Positions 57,804 through 64,000 of a stretch of DNA of 64,000 bases are shown one piece after another. The notes under the pieces were generated by a model. That model was not told the origin of the DNA. It was given only the letters and a program-made list of their open reading frames with translations, and ran no database searches. The DNA lies in assembly GCA_963704725.1 (NCBI GenBank), contig OY969934.1, forward strand, positions 2,816,001 through 2,880,000. The letters are read 5' to 3'. This DNA is from an uncultured Actinomycetes bacterium. GTDB lineage: Bacteria > Actinomycetota > UBA4738 > HRBIN12. Made by a program: the position numbers and the translations under genes. Positions within the stretch are counted from its first letter, which is position 1, and each line of letters starts with the position of its first letter.

Positions 57804-58480
57804 CGACCTGCCGCGGCCAGCTCGCGGAGCATCCCGCTCTGCAGCACGAAGGCCGCGGCCTCCAGCCGAGAGTGCACCCCGAGCTTGTGGAGCACGTTCT
57901 GGACGTGCGTCCGGGCGGTCTCGGGGCTGATCACCAGGCGCTGCGCGATGGAGTCGTTGTCGGCGCCGTCGGCGAGCAGGGCCAGGACCTCGCGTTCGCG
58001 GCGGGTCAGCTGCGACACCCGCTTGCGGGCCTCCTCCTCCTCCCGGTGCCGGTGGATGAGATGGGCCAGGAGGGAGCCCAGCATCCCGGGGGGGATGAGC
58101 GTCTCGCCGGCGGCGAGCCGCCGGGTGGCGTCCATCAGCTCCGCGAGCGGGATCTCCTTCGTCAGGTATCCGCGGGCGCCCGCCTCGAGCGCCTCCACCA
58201 CCTGCCCGAGCTCCGAGCCCACCCCGAGGATGAGCACCCGGCACGTCTCCAGGCTCTCGGAGATCAGCCTCGTCGCGCGGATCCCGTCGCAGTTGGGCAG
58301 GCCGGCGTCCAGGATCGCCACGTCCGGGCGGACCCGCTCCGCCTCCGCCACCGCCTGGAGCCCGTCTCGCGCCTCGGCGACGACGTCGAAGTCCTCCTCG
58401 CTCTGCAGCACCGCGCGAACCGCCTCGCGGAACAGCGACTGCTCGTCCGCCAGCAGCACCCGAATCCGCTCCGAGCTCAC
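57800..58480 (-). CDS. NarL/LuxR-family response regulator
   Basis: VLLADEQ, ILDAGLP, GYLTK, LTRREREVL, ISPETARTH. Confidence 0.92.
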   Translation of the reverse strand: MSSERIRVLLADEQSLFREAVRAVLQSEEDFDVVAEARDGLQAVAEAERVRPDVAILDAGLPNCDGIRATRLISESLETCRVLILGVGSELGQVVEALEAGARGYLTKEIPLAELMDATRRLAAGETLIPPGMLGSLLAHLIHRHREEEEARKRVSQLTRREREVLALLADGADNDSIAQRLVISPETARTHVQNVLHKLGVHSRLEAAAFVLQSGMLRELAAAGR

Positions 58481-58517
58481 TCGCCCTCCCCTCCAGCCCC
58501 CCGCTGGTGACGCTAGC

Positions 58518-58564
58518 GGTAGCGGACCTACGGTGCACGCGGCGAGGAGCGTAGACAGCCTACG
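58518..58564 (-). promoter_or_regulatory. Two GTAG-N5-CTAC palindromes upstream of the regulator-PqqD-PqqD unit
   Basis: GGTAGCGGACCTACG (58518-58532) and CGTAGACAGCCTACG (58550-58564), 32 bp apart. Confidence 0.55.
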
Positions 58565-58636
58565 TCCTTCGCCGCAGATCCGCGAGGGACCGTGCTCGGG
58601 CCCTCCCCGGGTTCGGTGCGCATCTACGCGGCGACC

Positions 58637-59335
58637 TCAGGATCGGGACGTGGGCCGTACGAGGCCGTGCCTGACCGCGAACGCGGCCGCCTCCAGACGC
58701 GAGTGCACCTGCAGCTTGGACAGGATGCTCTGGACGTGCGTGCGGACCGTGTTGGGCGCGACCCCCAGGGCCTTGGCGATCTCGCGGCCCCCCGCCCCCT
58801 GGGCCAGCATCTGGAGGACCTCGACCTCGCGCGGCGTGAGCTGCTGGCCGAGCAGTCGTGCCTGCGACCGACGGCTGTCCCGGGAGGAGGAGCGGGCGAG
58901 CCGGGGCGGGAACACCACCTCGCCGCTCAGCACGACCTGGATGGCGCTGAGGAGCTGCGAGACCTTCGCGTCCTTGAGCAGGTAGCCCCGGAAGCCGGCG
59001 CGAACGATGTCCTCGGCCAGGCGCTGGTCGTCCATGGCGGTCACGGCGACCACGCGCGTGGCGGGACTGACCTCCATGATCTTGCGACCCACCTGCAGCC
59101 CGGTCTCGTCGGGCAGGCCGATGTCGACGAGCGCCACGTCGGGCTGCTGCTTCTGGGCTGCCGGGATCGCCTCGCTGGCGCTCCCCACGGGCTCGCTCAC
59201 CTCGTAGTGATGGCGAACGAGCGCCGCTCGGATCGCGTCGGCGAAGAGCTTGTGGTCGTCGACGATCAGGATGCCGCCGATGGCGGATTCCCCCCGTCTC
59301 CGGCGGCGGGACCGCGGAGCTCTTGTCTCGAGCAT
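58637..59335 (-). CDS. NarL/LuxR-family response regulator
   Basis: ILIVDDH, LVDIGLP, GYLLKD, LTPREVEVL, NTVRTH. Confidence 0.92.
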   Translation of the reverse strand: MLETRAPRSRRRRRGESAIGGILIVDDHKLFADAIRAALVRHHYEVSEPVGSASEAIPAAQKQQPDVALVDIGLPDETGLQVGRKIMEVSPATRVVAVTAMDDQRLAEDIVRAGFRGYLLKDAKVSQLLSAIQVVLSGEVVFPPRLARSSSRDSRRSQARLLGQQLTPREVEVLQMLAQGAGGREIAKALGVAPNTVRTHVQSILSKLQVHSRLEAAAFAVRHGLVRPTSRS

Positions 59336-59348
59336 GACCGGATCGGGC

Positions 59349-60947
59349 TCACCTGGCGAACCCCCTCCTGGCCGCCAGCCGGATGAAGAACGTGGTGCCG
59401 TCGGAGTCCGACTCGAACCAGATCCTTCCGCCGTGAGCCTCCACGACGCGCCGCGCGATGAACAGACCGAGACCCCGCCCCGCCGGATGCCGGTCGCCGC
59501 TGTCGGTGCGGACGAACGGGTCGAACAGCGACGGGCCGCCCGCCGGGATGGGCGCTCCCTCGTTGTGGATCCCGACCAGGACCATGCCGTCCCCGACCTC
59601 GACGGACACCTCGACCTTCGTCCCCTGGCGCGAGTACGTCAGCGCGTTCCGGACGATGTTGAGCACCGCGGTGCGCAAGTGCACGGCGTCCACCCGGGCC
59701 ATGGCCGCTCCCGGCGCGTGGACGACGACGCGGTCCTGCCCGAACTCGCTGGCACAGCTGCGGGCGACGTCATCCAGCAGGGCCACGAGGTCGACGGGTC
59801 GGCGCTGGAGGGGCTGCGCCCCGGCGCCCCACGCCAGGAGCCCTTCGACCAGGCCGGCGAGCTGCTCCAGCTCCTCGAGAGATCGGGACAGCCGCTCGCG
59901 ATCCGTCTCGTCGACGGTGCCCCCTTCCAGGAGCGTCAGCTCGAGCGCCGCCTTCACGCCGAGGAGCGGCCCTCGCAGCTCGTGAGCCGTCCAGGCAATC
60001 CCGAGCGACCCGCGGCCGGCGCCGGTGAGGTGCGGCGACGCCGAGCGCCGACGCAGGGCCTCCTCGAGCATGCCGGCGACGATGCCCATCGGGGCCGACG
60101 GCGCGGACGGCGAGATCCCGACGAGCATGACGGCGTCGCCGGCGTCGACGACCTCGGCGCGCTCGATGCCGAGCAGCAGGCGCGAGAACTCCTTGGCCAC
60201 CGCCTCGTGCGGCGCCCGCGACGCACGTGGGCCGCGCGGCAGCGTCGGAAGGGCCGCGCGCAGCTCGCGGCGCTTGCGGTTCCCCACGCCGCGGACGTCG
60301 ATCAACCGAAGGTCCGGCGAGTCGTCGGAGGCGCACCACACGGCGACCGGGGCGCGGAACCGGTCGGACACGAACCTGGCCGCCGCCCGCAGCGCCGTCT
60401 CCGTCGTGCCGGCCGAGGACATGGTCTTGCCCACCGAGACGGCCCGGCGAACCGCACCGAGCTCGCTGCGGACCTGCTCGTGCCGGCGCACGTGGTGCAG
60501 CGCGATCGCGAGCTGACTCGCCACGGCGGTGAGGGGCTCCCATCGCCACGTGATGGCGTCGATGGGGGCGACGACCTCGAGCACCCCCAGGCCCTCCCCG
60601 CGGGAGACGAGCGGCAGCATCGCGAGCATGGCCCCGGACGGGGCCTGGAGCTCGAACCGCATCGCCCGCCGCGAGACGAAGACGGCCCGGCGGCGAGCCG
60701 ACCGCTTGCGGCCGCCCTGCTGGAGACCGGGGTCGGCCCACGCGGGGCGGAGCCGGCCTCCGGCATCCGGGAGCGAGATCCTGACGTGCGCCTCGGATAC
60801 CCCGAGGGCGGCACGGACCCAGCCGGGGGTGGAGGAGACGGCTTCGTCCTCCGTATCGGCCGAGGCGAAGGCGTGGCACAGCGCCCGGAGCACGGCCCGC
60901 TCGTCCTGCCAGGGCGTGGGGCGGGGGGCGCTCTCGATACTCCGCAT
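59349..60947 (-). CDS. Cytoplasmic sensor histidine kinase with GAF-like N-terminal domains
   Basis: AHELRGPL, NIVRNA, LFDPF, GRGLGL, HGGRI; no obvious TM; start approximate. Confidence 0.85.
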   Translation of the reverse strand: MRSIESAPRPTPWQDERAVLRALCHAFASADTEDEAVSSTPGWVRAALGVSEAHVRISLPDAGGRLRPAWADPGLQQGGRKRSARRRAVFVSRRAMRFELQAPSGAMLAMLPLVSRGEGLGVLEVVAPIDAITWRWEPLTAVASQLAIALHHVRRHEQVRSELGAVRRAVSVGKTMSSAGTTETALRAAARFVSDRFRAPVAVWCASDDSPDLRLIDVRGVGNRKRRELRAALPTLPRGPRASRAPHEAVAKEFSRLLLGIERAEVVDAGDAVMLVGISPSAPSAPMGIVAGMLEEALRRRSASPHLTGAGRGSLGIAWTAHELRGPLLGVKAALELTLLEGGTVDETDRERLSRSLEELEQLAGLVEGLLAWGAGAQPLQRRPVDLVALLDDVARSCASEFGQDRVVVHAPGAAMARVDAVHLRTAVLNIVRNALTYSRQGTKVEVSVEVGDGMVLVGIHNEGAPIPAGGPSLFDPFVRTDSGDRHPAGRGLGLFIARRVVEAHGGRIWFESDSDGTTFFIRLAARRGFAR

Positions 60948-61370
60948 CCGGGGGGCAGCTCCAATCAGTCGGGGCGAGAAGAGTAGGACGCGGAGCGCGT
61001 TCCTGTAAACCCTTCGGAAGGACCGAATCTCATCCGTTCGACGGACCTGGTCCCACCGATACGACGTATCCCGCCCGCCCCGGCCGGGGGGACGACGCTC
61101 GGGCTCGCCCCGGGGCCCTTCGAGACCGTCCGGGGGGCTCGCTGCCCGGCCGTCGGCGCGCCGGAGAAGGTCACGACCGGCGTTCGCCGCTCCGGGCCCC
61201 GCGGATCGCAGGCCACCCTCGAGCCCGACCCTGGTGGTCTGGGGGGAACACCACAACCAGTGAACGTGCTGTGGACTGGGAAGGTTACGGAGAATGGATG
61301 CTGGTATCCGGAATGCATCGTCACTAGGATTCGATGGCCCCTGCCGCGGGACCGAGATACGACGTCGTGG

Positions 61371-61835
61371 GTGATCGTCAAGGTGGATCTGTCGCACGAG
61401 ATCGGTCGGGTGCTCCGGCACGTCCGGATGGCCCGGAAGATGACGCTCCGAGGCGCGGCGCGCGCTTCGCAGGGGCGCTTCAAGCCCTCGTCGATCGCCG
61501 GGTACGAGCGCGGTGAGCGCGCCATCACCGTTCAGCGCTTCTGCGACCTGGCGGCCGTGTACGAGGTCGACCCGGCCCGGCTGATGGACGGCATCCTCTC
61601 CGATGCGCACGGCGAGCCCCGGATCGAGCTCGACCTGACCGCCCTCGACCGGCTCGACCTGCCGGAGGCGGCCACGGTGCTGAGCTTCGCCGACCGCGTG
61701 CGCGACCTCCGCGGATCCCCCAACAGCGAGATGGTGACCCTCCGCCACGCGGACCTCGAGGTGATCGCGCGGGTCGCCGGCCGCGACCGCGGCGAGCTGC
61801 TCGAGCTTCTGTCGCCCGCCCGGCGCCCCTCCTGA
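61371..61835 (+). CDS. BldD-like XRE regulator (HTH + C-terminal domain)
   Basis: SQGRFK....GYERGERAITVQR resembles the BldD DBD; CTD IELDL...RGSPN....LRHADL; start uncertain. Confidence 0.75.
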   Translation: MIVKVDLSHEIGRVLRHVRMARKMTLRGAARASQGRFKPSSIAGYERGERAITVQRFCDLAAVYEVDPARLMDGILSDAHGEPRIELDLTALDRLDLPEAATVLSFADRVRDLRGSPNSEMVTLRHADLEVIARVAGRDRGELLELLSPARRPS

Positions 61836-61906
61836 CCGGCCGGGACGACCTCGCCCCCCGACCGCCCGGAGGTGTCCGCGAGCGCGATCGGGGGAAGGAC
61901 TCCCCC

Positions 61907-62230
61907 ATCGACGCCTCGACGACCGCAACGTTCGCGGCGGCGGCGGGCGAGGTCCTGCGCCAGGTCCGGGTGGGGCGATCCCTGTCGCTGCGGCAGGTCA
62001 CCGTCCGCTCCGGCGGCCGCTTCAAGCCGTCCTCGATCGCCTCGTACGAGCGCGGGGAGCGGCAGATCTCGCTGGAGCGCCTGTTCGCGCTGGCCGAGGT
62101 GTACGAGGTCGCGCCCGAGCGGATCGTCGCGGCGATCGCCCACCGCCTGGAGCGGGACGAGGAGGGGTCCGGGTCCGAGCCCGTCCTGGTGGTGGATCCG
62201 CTCGGACTGGGGCGCGCCGGTCTCCGCTGA
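61907..62230 (+). CDS. Second BldD-like HTH protein (DNA-binding domain only)
   Basis: GEVLRQVR...LSL...SGGRFKPSSIASYERGERQISLERL; no canonical start ahead of helix 1. Confidence 0.6.
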   Translation: MDASTTATFAAAAGEVLRQVRVGRSLSLRQVTVRSGGRFKPSSIASYERGERQISLERLFALAEVYEVAPERIVAAIAHRLERDEEGSGSEPVLVVDPLGLGRAGLR

Positions 62231-62236
62231 CCGGCC

Positions 62237-63181
62237 TCAGACGCCCCGGATGAACGCGACCGTCTCGCCGAGTCCGTCCTCGAGGTGCGTCCAGGGCCGC
62301 CACCCGAGAACCTCGGCCGCCGCCGCGATGTCCAGAACGCTCCGGCGGAGGTCTCCGGCGCGCGGGGGACCGTGTGCCGGCTCCCCGGTGAAGCCGGTCA
62401 GCTCCGCGAGCATCCGGTAGAGGCCGTTCACGGAGGTCTCGACGGCGGTCCCCACGTTCACGACCCGGCCGCTCCCCCGGTCGGCGGCCAGGGCGAAGGC
62501 GTGGACGACGTCGTCGACGAACACGTAGTCGCGCGTCTGGTTGCCGTCGCCGAAGATCGCCGGGGCGCGGCCGGAGAGCATCATCGCCGAGAAGATGGCG
62601 ATGACCCCGGCCTCCCCATGCGGGTCCTGCCGTGGCCCGTACACGTTGGCCAAGGCCAGCGCCGTCCACTCGATCCCGTGGTAGCGCTCGTAGAACGCGA
62701 GGTAGTCGATGACGACCTTCTTGCTGATCCCGTAGGGCGACACCGGCCGCGCGCCGCCCTGTGCCGTCTCCTTCACCGGGAGGCGACGGGGGTCGCCGTA
62801 CAGCGTGCCGCCCGACGCCGCGAACACCACCTTGCGCACGCCGGCACGCCGGGCGCACTCCAGCACGTTCAGCGAGCCCATCGCGTTCACGGACCCGTCG
62901 AGCGCCGGGTTCTCCATCGACACCGCGACGGAGGACTGCGCCCCGAGGTGCATCACGACCTCGGGACGGTGGCGCTCGAACAGCGACAGGAGGCCGTCGC
63001 CGCGCAGGTCCATGTTGAAGAACGTGAAGTCCTTGCCGTACCCACGGGCCTCCGAGAGGTTGGCGATCCTGCCCGTGGACAGGTCGTCGACGGCGATCAC
63101 GCGGTGACCCTCGGCGAGGAGCCGGTCGCACAGGTGGGAGCCGATGAACCCCGCTCCGCCCGTCACCAGGTAGGTCGTCAT
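62237..63181 (-). CDS. NAD-dependent epimerase/dehydratase (UDP-glucose 4-epimerase-like)
   Basis: VTGGAGFIGSH, SPYGISK, NVYGPRQDP.GEAGV, GDG.QTRDYV. Confidence 0.9.
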   Translation of the reverse strand: MTTYLVTGGAGFIGSHLCDRLLAEGHRVIAVDDLSTGRIANLSEARGYGKDFTFFNMDLRGDGLLSLFERHRPEVVMHLGAQSSVAVSMENPALDGSVNAMGSLNVLECARRAGVRKVVFAASGGTLYGDPRRLPVKETAQGGARPVSPYGISKKVVIDYLAFYERYHGIEWTALALANVYGPRQDPHGEAGVIAIFSAMMLSGRAPAIFGDGNQTRDYVFVDDVVHAFALAADRGSGRVVNVGTAVETSVNGLYRMLAELTGFTGEPAHGPPRAGDLRRSVLDIAAAAEVLGWRPWTHLEDGLGETVAFIRGV

Positions 63182-64000
63182 CCCGCCAGCACCATCGAGG
63201 GGTCGACCGAGACGTCCAGCGGCGTGCGCTCCCCGAGCGCCAGGCGCGACGCCCCGGCGCGGGCGATCATCGCGCCGTTGTCGGTGCACAGGGCGGGCGA
63301 CGGGAACACCACTCGGACGCCGCGCTCCTGCCCGGCGGCCGCCATGCGTTCGCGGAGGCGGGAGTTGGCCACGACGCCGCCCCCCAGGAGCACCGTCGTG
63401 ACGCCGAGCTCCGACGCCGCGCGCATCGTCTTGGACACCTGGACGTCGACGATGGCCTCCTGGAACGAGGCGGCCAGGTCGGCGGCGTCGACCTCGCGAC
63501 CGGCGGCGCGCTCCCGCTTGACGTGGCGAAGGACCGACGTCTTCAGTCCCGAGAGGGAGAAGTCGTAGTCGTCGGTCGTCGCCATCGCGCGGGGGAAGGA
63601 GATCGCGGCCGGGTCGCCGGCCCGGGCCAGCCGGTCGAGGGCCGGTCCCCCCGGGAACCCGAGCCCGAGGAAGCGGGCGATCTTGTCGAAGGCCTCGCCC
63701 GCGGCGTCGTCGACGGTCTGCCCGAGCACGCGATATCGATGCTCCTCGGGCATGTGGACGAGCATCGTATGCCCTCCCGAGACCACGAGGCACACGGCGG
63801 GCACGAGCGGCCCCGGGTGCTCGAGGAAGTTGGCGTAGATGTGGCCCTCGAGGTGGTTGACGCCGACGAGCGGCGTTCCCGTGGCGAACGCCACCGCCTT
63901 GGCCGCGGCGATCCCGACGAGCAGGGCGCCGACGAGCCCGGGTCCCACCGTCACGGCCACCCCGTCGAGGTCGGCGAAGCGGCACCCCGCCCGGTCCAGC
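63178..64000 (-). CDS. tsaD: tRNA N6-threonylcarbamoyltransferase TsaD (5' end outside the window)
   Basis: GPGLVGAL, NHLEGH, VSGGHT, DDAAGEAFDK, FSLSGLKT, CTDNGAMIA. Confidence 0.95.
   Translation of the reverse strand, partial: LDRAGCRFADLDGVAVTVGPGLVGALLVGIAAAKAVAFATGTPLVGVNHLEGHIYANFLEHPGPLVPAVCLVVSGGHTMLVHMPEEHRYRVLGQTVDDAAGEAFDKIARFLGLGFPGGPALDRLARAGDPAAISFPRAMATTDDYDFSLSGLKTSVLRHVKRERAAGREVDAADLAASFQEAIVDVQVSKTMRAASELGVTTVLLGGGVVANSRLRERMAAAGQERGVRVVFPSPALCTDNGAMIARAGASRLALGERTPLDVSVDPSMVLAG

Noticed and set aside
33-58627. Second short palindrome GYR-SATC-YRC (33, 5999, 56283, 58574, 58618)
   Set aside because: Short and GC-rich around GATC/CATC; cannot be separated from background by eye
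1-64000. Mobile element, prophage or RNA genes
   Set aside because: No integrase, transposase, terminal repeats or tRNA/rRNA-like sequence recognised; composition looks uniform by eye

Overview
High-GC actinobacterial DNA (tsaD, guaB3-type IMPDH, BldD-like regulators). No rRNA, tRNA, CRISPR or transposase was seen. Most of the window is one surface-glycan locus, mainly on the minus strand with many 4-bp stop/start overlaps. It encodes glycosyltransferases, two initiating transferases, Wzm/Wzt, two Wzc-like proteins, Wzy/WaaL-like membrane proteins, nucleotide-sugar enzymes, two sulfotransferases and two deacetylases. Five modules not typical of such loci are interleaved: (i) a likely 4-hydroxybenzoyl-CoA route (intact DAHP synthase, a catalytically degenerate DAHP-synthase/chorismate-lyase fusion, a benzoate-CoA-family ligase); (ii) an A-domain/carrier protein/acyl-CoA dehydrogenase trio of the pyrrolyl-2-carboxyl-PCP type; (iii) two tandem pairs of Arg-/Cys-elbow alpha/beta hydrolases, candidate transacylases; (iv) three PqqD/RRE proteins, an HPr-kinase-like kinase, a pseudo-kinase, a nucleotidyltransferase and two small Cys-containing Tat proteins with a shared leader; (v) a recurring (C/G)GTAGG-N5-TAC(G/C) operator-like motif upstream of several units. 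Products are assigned from motifs read by eye; no database search was run. Many starts are trimmed from the ORF track using RBS and overlap evidence.
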